Shown one piece after another: positions 36,561-44,772 of a stretch of 52,405 bases of DNA (position 1 is its first letter; each line of letters begins with the position of its first letter). A model generated the notes under the pieces. It worked only from the letters and a program-made list of their open reading frames with translations, searched no databases and was not told the DNA's origin. The stretch is from Candidatus Woesearchaeota archaeon CG10_big_fil_rev_8_21_14_0_10_33_12 (GTDB lineage: Archaea; Nanobdellota; Nanobdellia; Woesearchaeales; CG1-02-33-12). The stretch is from assembly GCA_002762865.1 (NCBI GenBank), contig PCYE01000017.1, positions 1 through 52,405 of the forward strand, written 5' to 3'. The translations under genes were made by a program, and so were the position numbers.

Positions 36561-37634
36561 ATGGATATAACTGCAAAATTAGAGCTTATAAAGCAGGTTG
36601 GAGAGGAAATTCTTACAGAAGAAGAGCTGAAAACATTATTGGAAACAAAAGAGCATCCAACAGCTTACGACGGTTTTGAGCCTTCTGGACAGATACACGT
36701 TGCCCAGGGGGTTATGAGGGCTATTAATGTTAATAAGATGATTAAGGCTGGCATTGACTTTAAGATGTATGTAGCAGATTGGCATGGCTGGGCAAATAAT
36801 AAGCTGGGGGGAGATTTAGAGAAAATACAAACATGCGGGGATTATTTCATTGAAATATGGAAAGTTTGTGGTATGAATGTTGATAAGGTTAAGTTCATAA
36901 GAGCTTCTGAGATTGTAAATAGCATGGAATACTGGAAAAAGGTAATGCAGGTTGCAAGAAACACTACAATAAAAAGAATAACAAGATGCGGCCAAATAAT
37001 GGGAAGAAATGATGCTGAGATGCAACAGGCATCCCAAATACTTTATCCCTGCATGCAGTGTGCTGATGTATTTGAGCTTAAGGCAGATATAACCGAGCTT
37101 GGCATGGATCAGAGAAAAGTAAATATCCTTGCCCGTGAGATTGGCCCAAAGATTGGTTGGTGGAAACCAGTTGTTATAAATCATCATATGCTTCTCGGTC
37201 TTGGAAAGCCTGCAAGCAACAAAACCGGAGTTGAGCGTGCTATTGACTTAAAAATGTCAAAATCAAAACCAGATGCTGCAATATTCATGACAGATTCAGA
37301 AGAGGAAATAAAAAGAAAAATCAACAAAGCATACTGTCCTGAGAAAATAATAGATGAAAATCCATTGATAGAATATGCAAAATACATTATCTTTGAGAAG
37401 TTTGATAAAATGAAAATTGAGAGGCAAAAAAAGTTTGGCGGCGACCTTGAACTTAATGGTTATGATGAGCTTGTCAAAGTTTTTGAGAAAGGTGATTTGC
37501 ATCCAATGGATTTAAAGCCAGCAGTTGCAACTTACATAAACAAGCTTGTAGAGCCAGTAAGAGAACATTTTGAAAAAAACAAAAAAGCAAATGAACTTCT
37601 TGAAAAAGTCAAAAGCTTTAAGGTTACAAGATAA
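36561..37634 (+). CDS. tyrS: tyrosyl-tRNA synthetase, archaeal type
   Basis: YDGFEPSGQIHVAQG (HIGH region), KMSKSKP (KMSKS loop), and the C-terminal AYCPEKIIDENPLIEYAKY...FGGDLELNGYDEL...DLHPMDLK, which closely parallels Methanocaldococcus TyrRS as I recall it. Confidence 0.85.
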   Translation: MDITAKLELIKQVGEEILTEEELKTLLETKEHPTAYDGFEPSGQIHVAQGVMRAINVNKMIKAGIDFKMYVADWHGWANNKLGGDLEKIQTCGDYFIEIWKVCGMNVDKVKFIRASEIVNSMEYWKKVMQVARNTTIKRITRCGQIMGRNDAEMQQASQILYPCMQCADVFELKADITELGMDQRKVNILAREIGPKIGWWKPVVINHHMLLGLGKPASNKTGVERAIDLKMSKSKPDAAIFMTDSEEEIKRKINKAYCPEKIIDENPLIEYAKYIIFEKFDKMKIERQKKFGGDLELNGYDELVKVFEKGDLHPMDLKPAVATYINKLVEPVREHFEKNKKANELLEKVKSFKVTR

Positions 37635-37639
37635 AAAAA

Positions 37640-38818
37640 TTAATTTGAAGTATTTATTTTTGAAACTCCTACCTTCCATCTGGTTATTAAATAAGACAGA
37701 AGGAAAGGAACTATAAAATTAAATGCTATTGTGGCTCCGATTAATACAGAATATAAACCTAATTGTATCAATCCTTTTTCAAATAATAGCTTTATAATCA
37801 CAATACTTGTGCTTAATTTTACACATAGGCTAACTCCCAACACAATTGATTTTTTTGTGCCTAATTCTTTCTTTCCCACCAAGTAGCTGCCTGATATCTT
37901 AGCTATATTTGTCATAACCATGATAAGAAGAATTAACATGGGAAATTTTAAGAGGTAACCTATATCAGTATCTGCTCCTACCCACAGGAAGAATACTGGT
38001 GCAAAAAGCCCATAAGCCATTGTTCTGATTTCTGAACCAATTAAATTAAGGATTTTGTCAGGAATTATATTTTTCAGGGCAATTCCTGCTAAGAGTGCAC
38101 CTAATGCTGCTGACTCAACAAACTGCCCTATTCCAATAAACAAAAAAATAAAAAATATGACTAAGAGAAAGAATGATGGTATATCCTTGTATTTAAATGA
38201 TGTTAAGGACTTACGGAATCTAGTTAATATAAAAACTAATCCAAAGAGTGAACATAATATTAATAGGTTTATCCAGATATTAAAATGAGTATGACCCACT
38301 GAACGGCCTATTATTACTGAAGCAACAACAATAGTCAAGACTTCAATAATATCATCTAAAACACCAATACTAAGAATTGTCTGCCCAAGTTTTGTTTTTG
38401 TAAGGTTGAACTCATCAAGTATTGGCAAGAGAACTGCTTCCCCAACTGTTGCAAATGATGAGGCCACTAAAACTGAAATAAGCCATGAAACTCCAAAAAC
38501 ATAATGAACCAATAATGTTCCAAATAAAGTTTCTGTAAAAATAATAACAAAAGTAGTTTTAAATATAAAACCTCGGTTCTTTAGTAATTTCTTTATATCT
38601 AATTCAAATCCAATAATGAAGAGAAGAAAAAACATGCCTAATTCTGCTAAAAAAATAAATGAAGAGGAATCAGTGACTTCCGTAAATGGATTATAGGCTG
38701 CCAAGCCAAGCCCAATTAATAAAGCTGAAAAAATCCATGGAATACGTATTTTTTCTAATAGCCTTCCAAGAAGAAATGTTAATAAAAATACTCCTGCTAA
38801 AAACAATATTAGCTCCAT
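37640..38818 (-). CDS. cation:proton antiporter (CPA2 / Kef-NapA type Na+/H+ exchanger family)
   Basis: 392 aa with about 11-12 TM helices. The N-terminal LLGRLLEKIRIPWIFSALLIGLGL and GLE(L/F)D-like (IGFELDI) motifs are typical of the Na_H_exchanger family. Confidence 0.75.
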   Translation of the reverse strand: MELILFLAGVFLLTFLLGRLLEKIRIPWIFSALLIGLGLAAYNPFTEVTDSSSFIFLAELGMFFLLFIIGFELDIKKLLKNRGFIFKTTFVIIFTETLFGTLLVHYVFGVSWLISVLVASSFATVGEAVLLPILDEFNLTKTKLGQTILSIGVLDDIIEVLTIVVASVIIGRSVGHTHFNIWINLLILCSLFGLVFILTRFRKSLTSFKYKDIPSFFLLVIFFIFLFIGIGQFVESAALGALLAGIALKNIIPDKILNLIGSEIRTMAYGLFAPVFFLWVGADTDIGYLLKFPMLILLIMVMTNIAKISGSYLVGKKELGTKKSIVLGVSLCVKLSTSIVIIKLLFEKGLIQLGLYSVLIGATIAFNFIVPFLLSYLITRWKVGVSKINTSN

Positions 38819-39064
38819 AATCTGTAGTTTAGTTTAATAATATAAAAATTTATTGCTTAGTAACTATTTTTATTAATTATCAGTACCTCCAATTAGAAAA
38901 TAGCTACTTTTAAGTTTAGAGAAAAATAAAAATAAAATAAGTACCGGTACTTATGTTGTGTAAACAACATGAATGGTATAACAGCTTTATAGGTTAATGC
39001 AAAAATCATAGATTTCTGCTTGCAGATTACATCTGCAATCGGAAATACTGAATCATACAAAAAA

Positions 39065-39072
39065 CTTATAAA
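39065..39072 (+). promoter_or_regulatory. TATA box (CTTATAAA) for the tRNA gene
   Basis: Ends 24 nt upstream of tRNA position +1 (39097), the canonical archaeal spacing. Confidence 0.5.
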
Positions 39073-39096
39073 CAAGCATAAAAACCCCATTATTAC

Positions 39097-39171
39097 AGCG
39101 GGGTGGGGCAGTCAGGAGTGCCCGATGGGCCCATAACCCATAGGTCAAAGGTTCAAATCCTTTCCCCGCTA
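39097..39171 (+). tRNA. initiator tRNA-Met (anticodon CAU), archaeal type, no encoded CCA, no intron
   Basis: Manual cloverleaf. Acceptor AGCGGGG/CCCCGCU with A1:U72. D stem GGGC/GCCC. Anticodon stem AUGGG/CCCAU with three consecutive G:C pairs (29-31:39-41). Anticodon loop CCCAUAA, variable loop AGGUC, T arm AAAGG-UUCAAAU-CCUUU, discriminator A. Confidence 0.9.
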
Positions 39172-39214
39172 TCCTTTACAAAAGGATAGAACCCAAAGTG
39201 TGCGACATTTCGCT

Positions 39215-39261
39215 TCGCTTCAGTCCCACGAGACTCTTGAAGCGATTGTAGATTATTTTTT
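39215..39261 (+). terminator. GC-rich hairpin (8-bp stem TCGCTTCA/TGAAGCGA, 15-nt loop) followed by an oligo-T tract downstream of the tRNA
   Basis: Stem at 39215-39222 / 39238-39245. T-run at 39255-39261. A second 7-bp hairpin ATCCTTT-ACA-AAAGGAT (39171-39187) abuts the tRNA 3' end. Confidence 0.35.
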
Positions 39262-39339
39262 CTCATTTAACTTTTATTATCTTTTATCTTATTTTAATAA
39301 AACACAAATTTAATAAACAAATAAAGTTTTAAGCTAAAT

Positions 39340-39900
39340 ATGTATATTTCAAAACTCTTTGATTTAACCTTGTTTGAGACAAAATACAAACAGCAGGTTA
39401 TTGAGCTGGTTGCTTATTCTCTTATTGCCTTTTTTATCCCTTTCTTTGTAGGCCACCCGCAGCTGTTAGTCGGAACAGCTGTTAATATGGCATTGATACT
39501 ATCCAGCCTTTCGCTAAAAAGAAACTTTCTATTGCCTGTTATCTTCATGCCAAGCATCGCAGTCCTGTCAAGAGGGATGATTTTTGGGCCTTTTACAATC
39601 TTCTTGGTTTACTTCATCCCTTTCATATGGGCTGGAAACTTCATGCTTGCAATGTTCTTTAAAGGCCTTTACCTAAAAAGTAAAACAAACTATTTTGTCA
39701 CACTATTATCAGGCAGTTTTGCAAAGGCCATTTTCCTTTTTTTAACAGCCCTACTTTTCTTTAAATTAAATCTAATACCAGAAATATTCCTTAAAACAAT
39801 GGGTATCCTGCAGTTCACAACAGCAATTTGTGGAGGAATGGCTGCGTTTGCAATAATAAAATCAAGAGAAAGAATAAATAATTTTAAGCAGGCAATCTAA
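39340..39900 (+). CDS. integral membrane protein (186 aa, about 5-6 TM), function unknown
   Basis: Hydrophobic throughout (FFIPFFVGHPQLLVGTAVNMALILSS...). No secure family assignment. Confidence 0.55.
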   Translation: MYISKLFDLTLFETKYKQQVIELVAYSLIAFFIPFFVGHPQLLVGTAVNMALILSSLSLKRNFLLPVIFMPSIAVLSRGMIFGPFTIFLVYFIPFIWAGNFMLAMFFKGLYLKSKTNYFVTLLSGSFAKAIFLFLTALLFFKLNLIPEIFLKTMGILQFTTAICGGMAAFAIIKSRERINNFKQAI

Positions 39901-40199
39901 TCATGAAACCTGTGCTCAATCATTCTTTCAACCTTATTAAAGGCCATATGCAATGCCTTTGCAAGCTCCCACTCAGCTGCCTTTGAATCAAATGTTCTTG
40001 TAGGCGCAACAACCTTTAAACTTACACTATATTTTTTCCTGTTACCTGTCTTTTCATAACTCTTTATATGCATTACAACAGAAGTTAAATTCTTAATAGC
40101 CCTCTGTATCTTTCCATAATATTCCTTGGCCAGCCTGTTAACAGTCTCTACCTCTTTGTCATCCAATTCCTTTATTCCGATTATTTTTATTTGTTCCAT
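39897..40199 (-). CDS. HPF/RaiA (S30AE)-like ribosome-associated protein, about 100 aa
   Basis: Predicted beta-alpha-beta-beta-beta-alpha layout (IKIIGI / EVETVNRLAKEYYGKIQRAI / VVMHIKSYE / YSVSLKVV / FDSKAA / ELAKALHMAFNKVERMIEH), like ribosome hibernation factors. The track gives the start as 40211. The third ATG (40199) has the best TATA spacing. Confidence 0.4.
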   Translation of the reverse strand: MEQIKIIGIKELDDKEVETVNRLAKEYYGKIQRAIKNLTSVVMHIKSYEKTGNRKKYSVSLKVVAPTRTFDSKAAEWELAKALHMAFNKVERMIEHRFHD

Positions 40200-40235
40200 A
40201 TGAATCATCATATAGTTAATCTTTATATATCTTAT

Positions 40236-40423
40236 TGGTAATTCATCTCCTCCAAAATCTAATTAATTAAATATTTATTTTTTGTGGTAATTAACTCCAA
40301 ACTAGATTATTTTAGTGGTAATTAACAGTAAAACTTATAAATAAGTGGTAATTAATAGTTATTATTAATACATGTGGTAATTAAAAGTATAAAGGATTGC
40401 TATTAAACATATGTGGTAATTAA
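40236..40423 (+). promoter_or_regulatory. array of five perfect GTGGTAATTAA direct repeats (plus one degenerate copy) across the pheS promoter and start codon
   Basis: Perfect 11-mers at 40284, 40315, 40345, 40374 and 40413, with spacings of 31, 30, 29 and 39 nt. Degenerate TGGTAATTCA at 40236. Three copies extend to GTGGTAATTAAnAGT. The last copy ends 1 nt before ATG 40425. The motif occurs nowhere else in the window. Confidence 0.8.
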
Positions 40424-40424
40424 C

Positions 40425-42131
40425 ATGGTTTACAGGAAACAGGTTGAGATAAAAGGCCAAAAATACTGGTATCTGTTTCATACTGTAAGAAGTGGAGATA
40501 AATACCTTAAGAAATCAAAATATATAGGAAAAGAGCTGCCAAAAAACATTGAAGAGATTGAAAAAAAATTTTCAGAAGAAGTTAAGATGGAAAAAGAAGA
40601 GATACCAAAAGAGATAAGAGAGCTGGCTGAAACATTGCATCCTTATGAGAGAAAGATTCTTCCATTTCTTAAAGATAACAAATCATTAAAAGAGTTAGTA
40701 AAGGCCTCAAAAATGCAGGAAATAGAGGTTATGAGGGCATTGCAGTGGCTTGAGAACAAGAATATTCTTTCAATAAAAAAAGAGCTTAAAGAGGTTATAA
40801 GCCTGGGCAGTAATGGCAAGTTGTATCTGCAGAATGACTTGCCTGAAAAAAGATTTCTTAAGGCAATTAATGGAATAATTTCTGTTGACAAAATAAAGGA
40901 AAAAGCTGGCCTTGAAAAAGACGAGATAAACGTCTGCCTGGGACTGTTAAGAAGAAAAGCAGCAATAGAGATAATACCTGGAATGAAAATCAAGATAACT
41001 GATAATGGAAAAAAATTACTGCAAAAGCCAGGTTTTGAAGAGCTTTTCCTAAAGCAGCTGCCTCTTGAATCAAAAAACTTAACACAGGAGCAGAAGTATG
41101 CCTTTAATGAGTTAAAGAAAAGAAAAGGAATAATAAAAACAGATATTGTTACAGAAAGAAATATTGAACTAGCAGGGCTTTACAATGATCTGATAAAAGC
41201 AAAGATTTCATTTAAGAACATAATCGACGAGCTTTCTCCGGCAATAATAAAAGACAGCTCATGGAGAAACAAAAGCTTCAGGAGATATGACATAAAGATT
41301 AATGTTCCTTCTATCTCAGGAGGAAGAAGGCATTTTGTAAACGAGGCAGTTGAATACATAAAAAAAGTGTGGCTTGAGATGGGCTTTAAGGAGATGCAGG
41401 GCCCTTTATTGCAGACATCATTCTGGAATTTTGATGCATTATTTACAGCACAGGATCATCCTGCCAGGGAGATGCAGGACACTTTCTTTATCAAAAATCC
41501 TGAGAAAGGAAAGCTTCCTGAAAAAAGGTTTGTTGACGGAGTAAAAAATGCACATGAAAACGGCTTTAAAACAGGAAGCTTGGGCTGGCGCTATAAATGG
41601 AATCCAGAAACAGCAATGAAAAATGTTCTGAGAACGCATACAACTGTTTTGTCTGCAAGAACAATTGCTTCTCTGAAAAAAGATGACCTGCCTGCAAAAT
41701 ATTTTACAGTCGGAAAATGCTTCAGAAATGAGACAGTTGACTGGTGCCACTTGTTTGAATTATGCCAGGTTGAGGGAATTGTTGTTGACCCAGATGTTAA
41801 TTTCAAAAATCTTGTCGGATATTTGACAGAGTTTTACAAAAAGCTCGGTTATGATAAAGTAAGGATAAGGCCAGGCTATTTTCCATACACAGAGATGAGC
41901 GCAGAAGTGGATGTTTTTCATCCTGTAAGAAAAGAGTGGGTTGAACTTGGGGGTTCTGGAATATTCAGGCCAGAGGTTGTAAAGCCATTATTAGGAATTG
42001 AGGTTCCTGTCCTGGCATGGGGCTTGGGAATGGAAAGGGCAATCTCAATGTATTACAATATAAATGATATTCGCGATTTGTACAGAAATGATTTAAAGCA
42101 ATTAAGGGAAATGAAAGCATGGTTGAAATAA
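40425..42131 (+). CDS. pheS: phenylalanyl-tRNA synthetase alpha subunit, archaeal/eukaryal type, with an extra N-terminal extension
   Basis: The C-terminal class II core (FWNFDALFTAQDHPAREMQDTFF, LRTHTT, GKCFRNE, GIVV, GGSGIFRPEV, AWGLGMERA) is preceded by wHTH-like repeats. ATG 40425 is preferred over the track's GTG at 40413, which lies inside a repeat. Confidence 0.9.
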   Translation: MVYRKQVEIKGQKYWYLFHTVRSGDKYLKKSKYIGKELPKNIEEIEKKFSEEVKMEKEEIPKEIRELAETLHPYERKILPFLKDNKSLKELVKASKMQEIEVMRALQWLENKNILSIKKELKEVISLGSNGKLYLQNDLPEKRFLKAINGIISVDKIKEKAGLEKDEINVCLGLLRRKAAIEIIPGMKIKITDNGKKLLQKPGFEELFLKQLPLESKNLTQEQKYAFNELKKRKGIIKTDIVTERNIELAGLYNDLIKAKISFKNIIDELSPAIIKDSSWRNKSFRRYDIKINVPSISGGRRHFVNEAVEYIKKVWLEMGFKEMQGPLLQTSFWNFDALFTAQDHPAREMQDTFFIKNPEKGKLPEKRFVDGVKNAHENGFKTGSLGWRYKWNPETAMKNVLRTHTTVLSARTIASLKKDDLPAKYFTVGKCFRNETVDWCHLFELCQVEGIVVDPDVNFKNLVGYLTEFYKKLGYDKVRIRPGYFPYTEMSAEVDVFHPVRKEWVELGGSGIFRPEVVKPLLGIEVPVLAWGLGMERAISMYYNINDIRDLYRNDLKQLREMKAWLK

Positions 42132-42132
42132 A

Positions 42133-43779
42133 ATGCCTACAATAACTTTAGACAAAAAGGATGTAATGAAACTTGTTGGAAAGGAAATCCCTGATGACAG
42201 GCTGAAAGACAGAATCTCAATGCTTGGAACTGACTTGGAAAAGGTTAGTGATTCTGAGATTATAGTAGAAATATTTCCCAACAGGCCTGATTTATTGTCT
42301 GAAGAGGGCTTTGCAAGGGCATTATCATCTTTTATTGGGGTTAAGACAGGATTAAGAAAATATGATGTCAAGAAATCTTTGTTTAAGGTTAAGGTTGAAA
42401 AGTCTGTTGAAAATGTGAGGCCTTTCATAAGATGCGCTGTTCTTAAAAATGTTAATCTTAGTGATGAGGCAATAAAGAGTTTAATGCAGCTGCAGGAAAA
42501 ACTGCACTTAACACATGGAAGAAAAAGAAGAAAAGTTGCAATAGGTGTTCATGACTTTGATGTTATAAAATTTCCATTGGTTTACAAAGCTGTAAAACCA
42601 GATTTAATATCCTTTGTTCCATTAGGCATGACAGCTGAGATGAATCTTGCTCAGATCCTGTCAAAACATCCAAAGGGAAGGGATTATGCATTCTGCTTGG
42701 ATGGGCTTGAAAAATATCCTGTGATAATTGATGCAAAAAATGATGTTGTCTCTTTTCCGCCGATTATCAATGGGATTGTAACACAGGTCAGAGAAGAAAC
42801 AAAAAATCTTTTTGTTGACGTGACTGGAACTGATGTCAATGCAGTTACACAAGCTTTGAATATTTTGGTTGCAAGCTTAGCAGATAGGGGAGCAGAGATT
42901 TATTCTCTTGATGTCGGCGGGATTGTTAGCCCTGATTTAATCCCGAGAAAAATGAAAGTTGAGTTAAGTTATGTTAATAAGCTATTGGGGCTTAGTTTAA
43001 AGCAAAAAGAATTTGAGGAACTGCTCTCAAAAATGGGCCTTGGCTATGATAAGGAAGTATTGATTCCTGCTTACCGTGGTGATATAATCCATCCGGTTGA
43101 TGTTGTTGAAGCAGCTGCAATTGCATACGGCTATGAAAATTTTCAGCCAGAGATACCAAACCTTGTTACAATCGCAGAGGAAAATCCATTTGAAAAATTC
43201 AAGAGTAAGATAGCTGAACTTCTTGTTGGTCTTGGAATGATTGAGACAAATACTTATCATATAACCAATAAAGAAAGTTTGAATAAAAAAATGAATCTTG
43301 AGCTTAGCTGTGTTGAGCTTTCAAATGCGCTTACAACTGATTATGATGTCTTGAGGTCATGGATAACTCCAAGTTTAATGGATGTTTTAAGGAACAACAG
43401 AAACAGGGAATTTCCCCAGAAAATATTTGAGATGGGAATATGCTTTAAAGAAAACAATGAAACAGAGACCGGAGTTGAAGAATTCACAAGGCTGGCTGTT
43501 TTAATCTCACATACAAAAGCAAACTTCACAGAAATAAAACAAATGCTTGATTATTTGTTTAATATTCTTTGCCTGGAATACAAAACTGAAGATACAGAAC
43601 ATACAAGCTTTATCAGGGGAAGGGTTGGCCGTGTTGTTGTTGATGGAAAGAAGCTGGCCTACATAGGAGAACTATCGCCAGAGGTCATAACAAACTGGGA
43701 ATTGGAGATGCCAGTTGCAGCCCTTGAATTAAACTTAACAGAGCTTTTTGAATTAATTCTTAAACAAAAAACCTTATAA
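42133..43779 (+). CDS. pheT: phenylalanyl-tRNA synthetase beta subunit, archaeal type
   Basis: Starts 1 nt after the pheS stop. MPTITL.K.D...L.G, EIFPNRPDLLSEEG, B3/4 and B5 regions, and the 548-aa length are typical of archaeal PheT. Confidence 0.9.
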   Translation: MPTITLDKKDVMKLVGKEIPDDRLKDRISMLGTDLEKVSDSEIIVEIFPNRPDLLSEEGFARALSSFIGVKTGLRKYDVKKSLFKVKVEKSVENVRPFIRCAVLKNVNLSDEAIKSLMQLQEKLHLTHGRKRRKVAIGVHDFDVIKFPLVYKAVKPDLISFVPLGMTAEMNLAQILSKHPKGRDYAFCLDGLEKYPVIIDAKNDVVSFPPIINGIVTQVREETKNLFVDVTGTDVNAVTQALNILVASLADRGAEIYSLDVGGIVSPDLIPRKMKVELSYVNKLLGLSLKQKEFEELLSKMGLGYDKEVLIPAYRGDIIHPVDVVEAAAIAYGYENFQPEIPNLVTIAEENPFEKFKSKIAELLVGLGMIETNTYHITNKESLNKKMNLELSCVELSNALTTDYDVLRSWITPSLMDVLRNNRNREFPQKIFEMGICFKENNETETGVEEFTRLAVLISHTKANFTEIKQMLDYLFNILCLEYKTEDTEHTSFIRGRVGRVVVDGKKLAYIGELSPEVITNWELEMPVAALELNLTELFELILKQKTL

Positions 43780-43814
43780 ATAATAAGTATTATTTTAATT
43801 AAAGAGGTGATATT

Positions 43815-43997
43815 ATGGCAAAAGTTAAAGAAAGGTGTTGTGGAGGATTTCCAACATTTGCAGTTATTTTGCTTGTGGTTGGAATAATATGGCTTTTGAA
43901 TGATTTGAATGTAATCATGGTGAATATTCCATGGGTGCCAATGGTTTTAATAATCGTTGCAATTGGAATGATTTACAACAAATTTAAAAAAGCTTAG
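43815..43997 (+). CDS. small two-TM membrane protein with N-terminal CC motif (60 aa)
   Basis: AGAGGTG SD upstream. MAKVKERCCGGFPTFAVILLVVGIIWLL...VLIIVAIGMIY. Lies immediately upstream of zupT. Confidence 0.5.
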   Translation: MAKVKERCCGGFPTFAVILLVVGIIWLLNDLNVIMVNIPWVPMVLIIVAIGMIYNKFKKA

Positions 43998-44007
43998 GCA
44001 AAAATAA

Positions 44008-44772
44008 ATGGATGCTTCCCAAATCTGGATACCTTTGTTTATTACTTTTCTTGCAGGCATATCCACAGGAATAGGAAGCCTCATTTCCCTTTTTATCAAA
44101 AAGTTTAAAGACAGTTACCTTCACTTTTTTCTTGGATTATCAGCGGGCGTAATGATTTATGTCTCTTTTGCAGAACTTCTTCCTGAGGCAGTTGAAAACC
44201 TTGGGTTTATTCTTGGAAATGCAGGATTCTTTATAGGGATTTTTTTTATTTTATTTATTGATTTTAAAATTCCTCATGAGTATATAGAAGAGCATGTCAG
44301 TAAGAATGTATGCAAGAGAGAGCGCAGGCTCATGAAGGCAGGTGTTTTTACTGCTGTGGGAATTGCAATACACAACTTTCCCGAAGGAATTGCTGTGTTT
44401 ATGAGTTCTTTAAGTGACTTATCCTTAGGAATTCCATTAGCTGTTGCAATAGCAATACATAATATTCCGGAAGGCATAGCAGTTGCAATGCCTATTTATT
44501 ATGCAACAAAAGACAGGAAAAAGGCCTTTAAATTTTCGCTTCTTTCAGGCCTTGCAGAGCCATTAGGAGCTTTGATTGGAATCTTAATACTGCTTCCTTT
44601 TTTAACGCCGCAGATATTGTTTTTCTTTTTGGCATTTGTTGCAGGCATAATGGTTTTCATAAGCTTTGATGAATTGTTGCCAATATGCTTTAAGGAAGAT
44701 AGTAGTCATGTGCCAATCCTTGGTTTAATAACAGGAATGCTTATCATGGCTTCAAGTTTATATCTTCTTTAG
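44008..44772 (+). CDS. zupT: ZIP-family zinc transporter ZupT
   Basis: Duplicated AIHNFPEGIAV / AIHNIPEGIAVA motifs. 254 aa with about 8 TM helices. Confidence 0.9.
   Translation: MDASQIWIPLFITFLAGISTGIGSLISLFIKKFKDSYLHFFLGLSAGVMIYVSFAELLPEAVENLGFILGNAGFFIGIFFILFIDFKIPHEYIEEHVSKNVCKRERRLMKAGVFTAVGIAIHNFPEGIAVFMSSLSDLSLGIPLAVAIAIHNIPEGIAVAMPIYYATKDRKKAFKFSLLSGLAEPLGALIGILILLPFLTPQILFFFLAFVAGIMVFISFDELLPICFKEDSSHVPILGLITGMLIMASSLYLL

Noticed and set aside
38893-39090. 65-aa minus-strand ORF upstream of the tRNA
   Set aside because: It overlaps the tRNA promoter region and the palindromes. The product is hydrophobic and low-complexity, with no RBS or TATA context.
39097-39340. Integrated element using the tRNA gene as attachment site
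   Set aside because: I found no duplicated copy of the tRNA 3' end elsewhere in the window. The flanking genes (antiporter, pheST) are housekeeping, and there is no integrase.
40236-40423. Could the GTGGTAATTAA array be a mini-CRISPR array or a replication origin?
   Set aside because: The repeats are only 11 bp (15 bp at most) with AT-rich spacers of 18-28 bp, far below CRISPR dimensions, and no cas genes or leader are present. No orc1/cdc6 gene or longer ORB-like element is adjacent, so an origin cannot be supported either. The array is kept as a regulatory feature instead.
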